This document shows, one piece after another, positions 1-9,294 of a stretch of 64,000 nucleotides of DNA (within the stretch, counting starts at the first letter, position 1; every line of letters begins with the position of its first letter). The translations under genes were made by a program, and so were the position numbers. Origin of the DNA: a virus; IMG/VR virus record IMGVR_UViG_3300030098_007301, positions 64,001 to 128,000 of that record. One strand, given 5' to 3'. The notes beneath the pieces are model-generated. The model was not told the DNA's origin. It saw only the letters and a list, made by a program, of their open reading frames with translations, and ran no database searches.

Positions 1-1487
1 AGTAGCGCGGGCTCTGAAGCTATTGTTTTAGCGACTGCTTCCTCTAAGGCGGCTCTTTGCTGTGTAGCTTTATTTATGCCCATTATGTCCTGAAAAGCCT
101 TGCCGGTAAATTTTGTTAAATTATAAAACAACTTTGCTATAGTAGCTGTTAGAAGAATAAGGCCGGGGCCAGCAACAAAATCTCCTAAGCCCTTCATGAT
201 GCTTTTCCCGAACCCTTGGCCAACATTTTCCATCATGCCGCCTTTGCCAAAAGACTCTATAGTTGCGTTAACTATATTAAGTGTCCTTCTTATAGCAGGC
301 TCTAAAATTCCTCCTCCTAAAGATGACCCAGCTTGAGTCAGGTTAGACATCGTGCGATTTACTAGGGCGTCCAAACTTTTATTTAACTCTTCATTTCTTT
401 TGTAAGCCTCGTTAGTGGCCTGACTTGATATCTTCAACGCCCGTGAGGTTACTGAAGTTTGAGAAGCTAAGTCTGCCATTGCAGCTTTTAAAATATTAAC
501 TTGGAAAACGCCTGCCACACTCTCTGAGACCGCAGATTGTTGAGATTTTGATAACGTATCAAATTTTTGCGCCAAATTAGTTATTACCTGTATCCCGGAA
601 AGCATATTGCCTTCCATATCCGTCACGGCTACTCCAATGTTTCTTAATTTTTGAAGAACGTCGGTGCGTTGAATACGGGTAAATATAGTCTTGAATGCGT
701 TACCAATAACTGCACCACCTCGAGCTGTGCGCTGCTGCACAGCAGTTGTAATAGCTAACAACTCGTCCATACTAACTCCTGCCGAAACTGCAGAAGCGCC
801 AACACGAGAAATAGCTTTAGCCAAGTCCTCGGAGCTAACAGCAAACGCAGCGTCAACTTTTGCCATTTTATTAATAACTTGAGCTGACGTGACTCCTTCT
901 TTATTAAAAGAGTTAACGGCGGCAGTTAAAGCCTTAACGGAGTCTGCTGCTTGCATACCCGTTAATCGGGTTAAAATAAGGGCGTCGTTTGTTCTTTCTA
1001 TTGTTTTTGTAGCACCTAAACCTTGACGAGCTAACTCGGTGCTAGCTTCAGCCACTACATCAAATCCTTGAGCCGTATTTTTTGCGACTCGGAACATTTC
1101 TTCGCCAAATTTTTTGAGATTTTTTTGGCTTGCGTTAAGAACAACATTTACGTCAAGAAGCGCTTTTTCGACTTTCATCGTCGAAGTGACCAGCCCCTTA
1201 AAGGCCCGGTCAATCTGCATAATAATTCCAGCAGATGCACCAAAAGCTACAACACGGGCATTAGAAGCTTCTAGTGATTTTGTAAATTCGTCGGCTCTAA
1301 CAGTAGCTTTAGAGAGCCCTGTCCCAAGGGCTCTTATTTTATCTCCCCCTCCGGCTCCTCCTATGCCTTTAAAAGCTTTACTAGTGACAGTACCTAGCCT
1401 TTCCATCTCCCTGCGGATGCGAGCTAAATCTTTGTCTGCCTTCCTAGTATTTAATAAAAAATCTACTGTTACGCTGTCCCTAGCCAT
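1..1487 (-). CDS. Tail tape measure protein, N-terminal part (runs off the left edge; absent from the ORF track)
   Basis: ATG at 1487 reads MARDSVTVDFLLNTRKADKDLARIRREMERLG. It continues as an Ala-rich helical sequence with TP901-type tape-measure motifs (ELARQGLG, KVDAAFAVSS, VAGVFQVN). It lies downstream of tube and chaperone genes. Confidence 0.9.
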   Translation of the reverse strand, partial: MARDSVTVDFLLNTRKADKDLARIRREMERLGTVTSKAFKGIGGAGGGDKIRALGTGLSKATVRADEFTKSLEASNARVVAFGASAGIIMQIDRAFKGLVTSTMKVEKALLDVNVVLNASQKNLKKFGEEMFRVAKNTAQGFDVVAEASTELARQGLGATKTIERTNDALILTRLTGMQAADSVKALTAAVNSFNKEGVTSAQVINKMAKVDAAFAVSSEDLAKAISRVGASAVSAGVSMDELLAITTAVQQRTARGGAVIGNAFKTIFTRIQRTDVLQKLRNIGVAVTDMEGNMLSGIQVITNLAQKFDTLSKSQQSAVSESVAGVFQVNILKAAMADLASQTSVTSRALKISSQATNEAYKRNEELNKSLDALVNRTMSNLTQAGSSLGGGILEPAIRRTLNIVNATIESFGKGGMMENVGQGFGKSIMKGLGDFVAGPGLILLTATIAKLFYNLTKFTGKAFQDIMGINKATQQRAALEEAVAKTIASEPAL

Positions 1488-1502
1488 ATTCCTAGTGTTT
1501 AT

Positions 1503-1507
1503 TACAC
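1503..1507 (-). promoter_or_regulatory. GTGTA putative phage late promoter element (tape measure)
   Basis: ATAGTGTAAT lies 15 nt before the ATG. The same motif precedes about 15 genes. Confidence 0.6.
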
Positions 1508-1516
1508 TATTTTTAG

Positions 1517-2509
1517 CTAGACTCCATGAAGTTTCATCATATCTTCCATGGTTAATTTGCCTCCTTTAGCAGCAGCTTTTTTAGCGAGATTTATAGTTTC
1601 ATTAGGATTATCCAAACCAAGTCTTTTAAGGTCCTGTTTGCTTGCTCCAACAAGGGATGTAGCCGCTCCATCGCCTTCTTGTTGAGATTTATCTAAAACT
1701 TCTTGGGCGCTCTTGGTAGACTCAAACCATTCTACTAATTTTTCTGGATTTTCAGCTATTTCTTCCGGCGGTTTCTTTTCTGAATTTTGAATCATGCTTT
1801 TGTAGTACCTGCCGTATCCAAATAGCTCAATTTGATAAAAAGTTAACTCTACCAAAGGTTTCCCGTAAAAAACATGAGCATTATCCTCGCAAAGGTAAAA
1901 TAAATTAGTATAAAAACCTGATACCGAAATGTGTTTTAAATTATTAGAATTAAATTTTTCAACGCTTTGGTTATATAGCCCTATAAGAGTCATTAATTTG
2001 CCTTCTTCTAACTCTTCGAACTCATCTTTATCGAACAGCCTATCCCCTTTTTCGTTTCTTATAGCATTATATATATAATGTTCGTTAATTCGGCGTGAAG
2101 CGTAAGCTTCGGCCGTAAATCCAATTAGTTGTTCTTTTTCTGTCTCTAAATTTAGCAGTTCAGCTCTTTTTTCTTTTAACTCTCTGTTAGCCTGCTCTAA
2201 GTGAGTGGCTAAAAACACCTTTTGTTTTGTTCTTTCTATACCTGCTATATGGGATTTGACATTTAATATTTTTTTATTTTTCTCTTCGTCCCAAATACCC
2301 TCTTTTAGCAAAAAATCTATCCTTTGGTCACGGGTAGGTAGGCCATCAGCAACGGCTTTTTTGTAAAAATAACGATTCTGAATGTCTAATTCGGCTGAAT
2401 CGTAATTTGTGAAGTGCTTGATTCTTACAGTTTTAAAATCTTGAGACTGAACTAAGGAGAAACCTCTCAGTATTTCGGAAAAAGTGACTTTTAGATCGAC
2501 TTGATCCAT
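1517..2509 (-). CDS. Hypothetical protein, probable tail assembly chaperone
   Basis: 330 aa charged helical ORF directly before the tape measure gene; TAATG-coupled to the upstream gene. Confidence 0.55.
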   Translation of the reverse strand: MDQVDLKVTFSEILRGFSLVQSQDFKTVRIKHFTNYDSAELDIQNRYFYKKAVADGLPTRDQRIDFLLKEGIWDEEKNKKILNVKSHIAGIERTKQKVFLATHLEQANRELKEKRAELLNLETEKEQLIGFTAEAYASRRINEHYIYNAIRNEKGDRLFDKDEFEELEEGKLMTLIGLYNQSVEKFNSNNLKHISVSGFYTNLFYLCEDNAHVFYGKPLVELTFYQIELFGYGRYYKSMIQNSEKKPPEEIAENPEKLVEWFESTKSAQEVLDKSQQEGDGAATSLVGASKQDLKRLGLDNPNETINLAKKAAAKGGKLTMEDMMKLHGV

Positions 2510-3297
2510 TATTCATTTGCCTTTTGCTCCTCCTTCTCGTCTTCTTCTTCGTCTTGATCAAGTTTCAAAGCTAAGTCAACCATTTCTTGGAATTCTTGCT
2601 GCGAATTTGGCCTGCCCACGAACCAAAAACTAACATAGTAAGCAAATTTACGAGCAACAATAATTTCAAATACGTCTTCTCCTTCATCAATATCATCGTA
2701 GCGGGTAAGACGGGAATCTAAATCTCCTGAGCCAAAAAATTCAACTTCTTTTCCGTCTTGTTCAGCGTGAGCTAAGTGCAACATCCACCATAAAATTACT
2801 TTATTTCGCGCTCTGCTCTCTGCGGTTTCTTCGTATAGGCTATCTTCGTCTAATTGTAGGTCTCTTAAAGCTTTTCTAGCAGGCCTGACTTCTTTTTCTA
2901 ACTGTTTTAGCCTTTTCTTTTGAGATGTAGTGCGTTTCTTTTCATCAATTTCAAGAATTTTAGCTTGCTCTTCATAAAACTTTTTTAACTCATCACTAAT
3001 AGATTTATATTTTTTCTCGTCGTCTTCATTTCTTACTCCGCCGTCGTTGTCAAAGCGTTTTTCGAGTAACGCGCGAGTTAATAACCCAGCTTTAATGCCT
3101 TCTGCAAGTTTTACTCCATAATACAGCTCTGCTTCGTCAGTCATTGCGCGAGTTGGTCGGCGAAGAAAAAATTTCTGCGGTACTTCTTTTACCACATCTT
3201 TAGAAGTCGTTACCTCGGTCCCGTCTTTTTCTTTTTTTGTAGACTTTTCTTGAACCGTTTCTTCTTTATTGACAGTGAATTCGTATATACGCTTCAT
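2509..3297 (-). CDS. Hypothetical protein, probable tail assembly chaperone
   Basis: 262 aa acidic/coiled-coil ORF between the tail tube and tape measure genes. Confidence 0.55.
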   Translation of the reverse strand: MKRIYEFTVNKEETVQEKSTKKEKDGTEVTTSKDVVKEVPQKFFLRRPTRAMTDEAELYYGVKLAEGIKAGLLTRALLEKRFDNDGGVRNEDDEKKYKSISDELKKFYEEQAKILEIDEKKRTTSQKKRLKQLEKEVRPARKALRDLQLDEDSLYEETAESRARNKVILWWMLHLAHAEQDGKEVEFFGSGDLDSRLTRYDDIDEGEDVFEIIVARKFAYYVSFWFVGRPNSQQEFQEMVDLALKLDQDEEEDEKEEQKANE

Positions 3298-3548
3298 TTT
3301 TGTTTATTATTGTTATATTCGATGAATTTTTCAAAATATTCCTCTAGTTCACGAATACAATCGTTACCGAGGTCTAATATTCTTTTGCGGATGCGCTGGT
3401 GAGTTTCTTCGGGGATTTTTATTCCTTCTGCCCCAAGGTCTTCAAGAATGAAGAAGAATTGTTTATATAAATTTGTTATTTTTCGCCGGGTTTGAAACGC
3501 GAAAAAATTATTGATAATATCCCTATCTTTGCCTTCTTCCTTTGACAT
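3294..3548 (-). CDS. Hypothetical protein
   Basis: 84 aa; ATGA overlap with the next gene; AAGGT element and GTGTA motif (3577-3581) upstream. Confidence 0.7.
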   Translation of the reverse strand: MSKEEGKDRDIINNFFAFQTRRKITNLYKQFFFILEDLGAEGIKIPEETHQRIRKRILDLGNDCIRELEEYFEKFIEYNNNKQK

Positions 3549-3589
3549 ACCTTTTACCTTATATCTTATAGTAAATTACACTATTTTAA

Positions 3590-3620
3590 CAAAAAAAATC
3601 CCCCAAAAGGGGGATTTTAG
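3590..3620 (-). terminator. Rho-independent terminator after the tail tube genes
   Basis: AAAATCCCCC-TTTT-GGGGGATTTT hairpin followed by a T-tract on the minus strand. Confidence 0.85.
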
Positions 3621-3641
3621 TAATATATTTTTAATTTTTTA

Positions 3642-5336
3642 TCAGTCCCAAAGTCCAGCTATGCCGGTATAGTAACCGCTCATAAATACTCCGATATCGT
3701 TTTGATCGGGGCCTCCAATTTGACAAGAAAAATCGTAAGTTACGGTTTTATTGTCTCCAATTGAAGAACTATAAGATTCACTGTCTAATTTTATCTTCTT
3801 TATTTCGTAAGACATCACCGCCTGTGAATCAGCGCCACATGTAGCAGCCTTTTTCAGTATCACTGTAGCGTTATATTCATCATCGCAAGTAATAATGTCT
3901 GCGACTGTGCCAGTGGTTAAATCATTAACCAAAGCGTCTACGCTTAAAGATGCAGTGATTGGGAAATCTACAGGTCTTGCAAAAGCATATTTACTTCCTA
4001 GTTTTTCAATTGGAGTTCTAGATAAATCAAAGCTAATAGTATAGCTTTGAATGGGAACATCATTAAAAGTAGCTCCAAGTAGGGCATTTGCGCTACCGTC
4101 AGATTTAGTTAAAGTTAACGTAATGTCTCCCGGGCGTAATGTACTGATATCTCCCGTAGTATTAACGCCGCTAGTTGTTAGCCCCTGTGTAGCCACCGGC
4201 AATTTAATCGGCGCTATGGGTTTGACGTTATTAGTGGTATTCAGTTTAGTGCCTCCATCTGGAGAAAATCCCGACCAATCTGCAATACTTCCATCTGTAG
4301 TATCAATAGAGGGATTACCTCCGGAAATGTAAGTTACTACATTATTTAGATTTGCTGTATAAACATCAGTTATAGCGGGCGTCCCTCCTGCTACAGTGCC
4401 TACAAACTCATAACCGTCTTTTTGTAAAGTTTGATCTAAAGTTATAGTCTTACTGCCTCCATTTGTAAATTGAGTTCCAGCAGGAATAGTAGCGCTTATA
4501 CCGGTTCTAGTAACTCCCGCCGCTTTTCTCCAAAGCCCATCAGAAGCTGAAGTTGTCCCAACGATATTAACTGTTTTATTACTGCCATTTGTCGGCAGTG
4601 TCCCGGTTACTTGGAACTTTGTCGTACCTGCTATCTCAAAACCGGCAGCGTTACCCATGCCTACCCTGTTGAACCATCTGTCACTAGTATCTTGAGCAGC
4701 GCCTCCATAACCTGTATAACCGTCATAAAATCCAGTGAATCCAGCATTAGCAGCCGCTGTCCCTCCTCCATTAACTGTTGGGTTAACGGAGACCATGTTC
4801 ATGTTTTGCCCTTCGGCCGAAAAAGAAACAGTGGGAAGGCCTCCTACTGCCGCCTCGGTACTGTAAGACGTAATGCTAGCATTTCCGATTCCGATTATAC
4901 TTTCGTATTTACCGCTCTCGGTATTGCTAACTGAATCCGACCCTTCCGTGGTGGTCAGAATATAATAATTTTTTACTCCATCATTCGTTGCGGAATTTAT
5001 AATTCCTGATATGCAAGATACAGGGGTGTTTGAAGCTGAAGCTGTATCGGTGTCGGCCCAAATGTGGAACCCTAATTTGTTTTCGTTTCCTAAATTAGGC
5101 AAATAATAACTCGCGTCAAAAGAAACAGTAGGGGTATCAGTAATAATACTGTCTATTCTAGCTAATTCGCCAAAGCAATTTACATCCTGCCGACTAATGG
5201 AAAAAGAGTAGTTTGCGCTTTGAACTCTATGAAGTGCAGCGATATCCCTATCTCCGGTTTGGACTCCAGTTGCGCTTACGTCTTGTGAAACATATACAGA
5301 TTCACTCTGATAGATGACTCTATTTCTTGTTGCCAT
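3642..5336 (-). CDS. Tail tube protein paralog 2 (with inserted surface domain)
   Basis: 564 aa; strongly similar to 5355-6713 (NRVIYQSE, RVQSANYSF, LRPGDITL, SSSIGDNKTV); lies between neck and chaperone genes. Confidence 0.75.
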   Translation of the reverse strand: MATRNRVIYQSESVYVSQDVSATGVQTGDRDIAALHRVQSANYSFSISRQDVNCFGELARIDSIITDTPTVSFDASYYLPNLGNENKLGFHIWADTDTASASNTPVSCISGIINSATNDGVKNYYILTTTEGSDSVSNTESGKYESIIGIGNASITSYSTEAAVGGLPTVSFSAEGQNMNMVSVNPTVNGGGTAAANAGFTGFYDGYTGYGGAAQDTSDRWFNRVGMGNAAGFEIAGTTKFQVTGTLPTNGSNKTVNIVGTTSASDGLWRKAAGVTRTGISATIPAGTQFTNGGSKTITLDQTLQKDGYEFVGTVAGGTPAITDVYTANLNNVVTYISGGNPSIDTTDGSIADWSGFSPDGGTKLNTTNNVKPIAPIKLPVATQGLTTSGVNTTGDISTLRPGDITLTLTKSDGSANALLGATFNDVPIQSYTISFDLSRTPIEKLGSKYAFARPVDFPITASLSVDALVNDLTTGTVADIITCDDEYNATVILKKAATCGADSQAVMSYEIKKIKLDSESYSSSIGDNKTVTYDFSCQIGGPDQNDIGVFMSGYYTGIAGLWD

Positions 5337-5354
5337 TTTTTACCTTATTTTAAA

Positions 5355-6713
5355 TTATTGAGTAGCGACCCAATCTCCTCCGTAACCACTCATAAATATA
5401 CCAACTCCTTTTTGTTCAGGGCCACCAATTTGAGAACTAAAGTCCAAGGTCACGGTTTTATTATCTCCAATAGAAGAAGAAAAAGATTCAGAATCGATTT
5501 TTAAACCGCGTACTAAATATGCTATCGCGTTCTTTCTAGTAGCGGCAGCTTGATGGCAATCAGGATCCTTCATTTTTATAACTGCGTCATATTCGTCGTC
5601 GCAATTAATGATGTCCGCTATATTGCCCGTAGTTAAATCTGACAAAATTGCATCTATACTCAAACTGGTTGTAATTGGGAAATCAACAGGGCGAGCAAAT
5701 GCGAACTTGGTTCCAAGTTTTTGAATCGGAGTACGACTCATATCGAAACTTAAAGTATAACTTTGGATGTGAGCGTCAGCGACGTCAGCACCAGCTAAAA
5801 GACCAGCGCTTGTTGAGGTGTTCATCATAGAATCTGTGATGGCGTCACTTGTCTTTTTCATCAAACTTAAAGTGATATCTCCCGGACGCAACGCACTAAT
5901 AAGCCCTCCTCCTGCTCCAGAAGCGTCCCCTGTTGGGATTGGCAGGCACACATAGGCAGCGGAAGCAGCATCAGTGCCGACTCCCACTTTTGTTCCGTCA
6001 CTAGGATTAATAGCAGGGTTAGCTCCAGAAATAGCAGTTACAGTGTTGGCCACGGTATTAACAGTTCCCATGTCAAACCCGGGTTGAGTGTTGGTGTTAT
6101 GTGCCGCAAGTTCTCCCGAGTAAGGGATATTTACGAAATTCATATTCATTCCCTCTACGGAAATGCTAACCGTTGGCAAGCCGCCTACTGCGGCCTCAGA
6201 ACTATAAGAGGTCATGAATCCATTGCCGATACCGATAATGCTTTCATATTTTAAGTCGCCAGTAGCTGGATTAACTTGTTTTACGTCAACAGCATCAGAA
6301 CCCTCTTTTGAAGTTAAGATAAAATAATTCTTCTGATAAGCTGTAGTGTCAGAGTTGATTAGTCCAGAAATGCAAGAAGTAGCATTAGAAATAGCCGCGC
6401 CGCTAGGAGTTATCTCAAATCCAAGTTTCTTTTCATTGCAAAAGTTAGCTAGAATATAGCTAGTGTCAAAAGACACGGTTGGCGTGTCAGTGATAATGCT
6501 ATCGATACGAGCTAATTCGCCAAACTGATTAACGTCCTGACGGGAAATACTAAAACTGTAGTTCGCGCTCTGGACTCTCTGTAAATCAGCTATTCCTGTA
6601 GGAATTTTCGTGTTGCTATCTACTGTAGCTTTTTGGCATAGATTCTGATCATAAGCTCCTTGAGTCACGAAAACTGCTTCACTTTGATAAATTACTCGGT
6701 TTCTTGTCGACAT
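5355..6713 (-). CDS. Major tail tube protein paralog 1
   Basis: 452 aa beta-rich protein with an internal two-fold duplication; follows the putative tail terminator. Confidence 0.75.
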   Translation of the reverse strand: MSTRNRVIYQSEAVFVTQGAYDQNLCQKATVDSNTKIPTGIADLQRVQSANYSFSISRQDVNQFGELARIDSIITDTPTVSFDTSYILANFCNEKKLGFEITPSGAAISNATSCISGLINSDTTAYQKNYFILTSKEGSDAVDVKQVNPATGDLKYESIIGIGNGFMTSYSSEAAVGGLPTVSISVEGMNMNFVNIPYSGELAAHNTNTQPGFDMGTVNTVANTVTAISGANPAINPSDGTKVGVGTDAASAAYVCLPIPTGDASGAGGGLISALRPGDITLSLMKKTSDAITDSMMNTSTSAGLLAGADVADAHIQSYTLSFDMSRTPIQKLGTKFAFARPVDFPITTSLSIDAILSDLTTGNIADIINCDDEYDAVIKMKDPDCHQAAATRKNAIAYLVRGLKIDSESFSSSIGDNKTVTLDFSSQIGGPEQKGVGIFMSGYGGDWVATQ

Positions 6714-6775
6714 GGTTAAAATCCTATTTCTTATCCTAAATTACAGCTAACTTCTCTAAAAGTGAAATTATTTTG

Positions 6776-7642
6776 CTATTGTCGGGGGAATCTGAAATTA
6801 CTAATCTCAAAATCAATTAAGGTAGAGTACACATTAGGATTAAATTTTCTAACTTCATTTTCTAAAACTCTATCGAAGCGGGAAACTACAACATCTTCTA
6901 TGTAAATTTGGTTACCATACCCTTTTGTAGCCGAAATTCCGGTATAGTTATATTCATTGTCGTTTCTAAAATATCCAAATGAATCAAATGGCATGTCAGA
7001 CTCTTCAAATAAAGCTATATTTGTCTCTTTTTGATCTCTAAAAATAGCTCCGATTGCATCAACATCAAATTGACTATCAGCAACCACTATAGCCCGAGCC
7101 CTTATAATTGTATTATCCATTCCTCCAAAAGCTATAGGTTCATTCAAGCTTCCATTTGCTTTTAAATATACCACTGGATATGTTTTAGTATCACGCTCTA
7201 ATCCAGTAGGTACTACTGTAGATATCTCATTTCTGTTAGTAAATTGAGTTTGGAACAAAATTTCATCTTCAGTGCTACTAGTAAGAAAAACATTAAAATC
7301 TTTTATAGCAAAACTACCCGTGATGTCTGCAGAGTTGTTGCCGGACCAATATGAACGGCCATTATTATAGTCTATAGCGTAAAGACCTGTATTTCCTCCT
7401 TCTCCTACGTTAGCTAAATTATTTCCAACATATAGGCCAGTTGGAATAGTAGCGCCAGCTATAGAAGAATCCGCTACAATTTGAGAATAAGAACTTGCGT
7501 ACGTTTTATATCCTGCGTATTCATCTGAAACACTATAAAAACGACCGGTGGTATTCTGATAGGCCTCTCCTTTATCTAATAATGTGTGATCAAACCACAA
7601 GAGTAGGCTGGACATCACTTTATTGTCATATTGCGGCTTCAT
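6776..7642 (-). CDS. Putative tail terminator / tail completion protein
   Basis: 288 aa; last neck gene before the tube genes; YPVVYL...IAFGG segment resembles terminator proteins. Mostly a synteny call. Confidence 0.5.
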   Translation of the reverse strand: MKPQYDNKVMSSLLLWFDHTLLDKGEAYQNTTGRFYSVSDEYAGYKTYASSYSQIVADSSIAGATIPTGLYVGNNLANVGEGGNTGLYAIDYNNGRSYWSGNNSADITGSFAIKDFNVFLTSSTEDEILFQTQFTNRNEISTVVPTGLERDTKTYPVVYLKANGSLNEPIAFGGMDNTIIRARAIVVADSQFDVDAIGAIFRDQKETNIALFEESDMPFDSFGYFRNDNEYNYTGISATKGYGNQIYIEDVVVSRFDRVLENEVRKFNPNVYSTLIDFEISNFRFPRQ

Positions 7643-8229
7643 TTCAGTTTAGTTTTAAATCTTTGTAGCATAGGAGTTATATATGGAGTAGGAGAGAAAT
7701 TTACTAAATTTAGTTTTCTTTCGCTTTGAATAGCTACTCCTGATCTGCTATTTTCGTTTGCTCCAAAAAGCGTATTTACAAAATTGCTAATTCCTCTTTC
7801 TACTCCTTTAACCCAGCTCTGGGTCGTCCAAGTCAATGGCGTTGCAGCGTATATCTCTTGAGCTGATGGGTATCTTATAGGAAATTCCCATTCAAAAGAT
7901 TTTTGACTTAACTTATTTAACCTAGGCTTTTTTTCTACCTGTATAAATTTTTCAAATCCTTCCCTAATTATTTGTACGGGTTTTTGAGATGGAGTAAAAC
8001 CTAAAAAACCAAAAAAATTGCCATATCCGCCAAGAAGTGAGCTATTCATCCCCATAGGCCCCTGTTCTATTTCTTTTGTTACGGGGTGATCATTTAGTTC
8101 TTTTAAAAGTTCTTTTTTTAATGTGTCTACTTTTCTTTTGGCCGCTCCATAAGCAAGATTTTGCATAACTTTAGAATTAGCCACGTTTTTTTTCATCAAT
8201 TGCTTTACTGTTAAATTTTTAATCTTCAT
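7639..8229 (-). CDS. Putative neck / tail-completion protein
   Basis: 196 aa basic ORF in the third neck position, ending PTPYITPM. Confidence 0.45.
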   Translation of the reverse strand: MKIKNLTVKQLMKKNVANSKVMQNLAYGAAKRKVDTLKKELLKELNDHPVTKEIEQGPMGMNSSLLGGYGNFFGFLGFTPSQKPVQIIREGFEKFIQVEKKPRLNKLSQKSFEWEFPIRYPSAQEIYAATPLTWTTQSWVKGVERGISNFVNTLFGANENSRSGVAIQSERKLNLVNFSPTPYITPMLQRFKTKLK

Positions 8230-8666
8230 TACGTTGTAGCCTCCAAATAATAAACGTAATAAGTTTGACCAATAAAGAACCTTGCGCCATCTGAACTTAC
8301 AACATTAAATAAGCTGCCATTAATGTCTATCGAAACAGTTCGCCCTTTGTCTATATAATCTTTACAATCTTTTTCGACTTTGATCCTAACGTCACCTTTT
8401 TCTATCATAACTTTTAATTCGTCTTGGTATTCCAAAGGTTGATTTTCTTTATAATTAACAATAGCGCTAAATGATTGACTAACAGGAGTATAGGAAACAG
8501 TTTCTTTCGGTGCTCCATATCCCGCATAAATATTTTGATTTTCCTCCAAGGTAATAGTTTTTTTAGGTTCTTTATTAACAGTAATAGTAGCTTTGAAAGT
8601 ATCAAAGTGGTCGGCTAAAGCTGTTTGAAACTGCGTTTTAGCTGAATCTGGAATTAAAGATGCCAT
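8229..8666 (-). CDS. Putative head-closure (stopper) protein
   Basis: 145 aa beta-rich ORF in the second neck position; TAATG coupling. Confidence 0.5.
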   Translation of the reverse strand: MASLIPDSAKTQFQTALADHFDTFKATITVNKEPKKTITLEENQNIYAGYGAPKETVSYTPVSQSFSAIVNYKENQPLEYQDELKVMIEKGDVRIKVEKDCKDYIDKGRTVSIDINGSLFNVVSSDGARFFIGQTYYVYYLEATT

Positions 8667-9283
8667 TAGTAGTTAATTATGCGATTATAAGGGTAATTTA
8701 AACTGTTATCGATATAGTTTTCTCCTCTAACGGTATCGTCTCCTGCGACTTGCACCGGAGTTGATTTTCTTAATTTATAGGCATTAACTAAATCCATTAA
8801 TTCAGCGTACTCTTCTCGTTTTAATGCTAAATAAGTCTTACTGAGTTCATTTTTGTTAATTTTACGAACTCTAGAACCGTCAGAAGCCACCTCCACGATA
8901 GGATCAGTAGACGCAGCGCCAACTGTGCTACGAATTTGTTTATCGTAATAATGAACAACGTACATCTTCTTTAATATAGCCACTTCCTCTGGCTGTATAG
9001 CAACGATAGCAGGCACGGATGCGATCCCATTATCCCCGCTGACTGATAAACCTAAAGCTCCAGTCGCCTCGTTAAATGCCTGCGGCTCACATGCCGGATC
9101 TATAAAGCTTCCTGAAAATTCGTAAGCCTCTGAGCCGTAAGTGGATATTTTAAATGTAGTATTTATCCTATTATTCAACTCGCCGACATTGCTTCTAATC
9201 CAAAAAGAAATGGCGGGAACAGAAATGCTCGAAGGTTCTCCGAGTTCCCTAAAAAGTTCATCTGCTATATCGACAATTTTCAT
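8666..9283 (-). CDS. Putative head-tail adaptor protein
   Basis: 205 aa with helical N- and C-terminal parts; first of four coupled neck genes; GTGTA motif at 9296-9300. Confidence 0.5.
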   Translation of the reverse strand: MKIVDIADELFRELGEPSSISVPAISFWIRSNVGELNNRINTTFKISTYGSEAYEFSGSFIDPACEPQAFNEATGALGLSVSGDNGIASVPAIVAIQPEEVAILKKMYVVHYYDKQIRSTVGAASTDPIVEVASDGSRVRKINKNELSKTYLALKREEYAELMDLVNAYKLRKSTPVQVAGDDTVRGENYIDNSLNYPYNRIINY

Positions 9284-9294
9284 CTTTTCTAAAA

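Noticed and set aside
2495-2530. Programmed -1 frameshift between the tail chaperone genes (lambda G/GT style)
   Set aside because: No slippery heptamer is present, and the downstream frame has TGA two codons before its ATG. The 84/262 aa junction similarly has TAA just upstream in the new frame. Plain translational coupling fits better.
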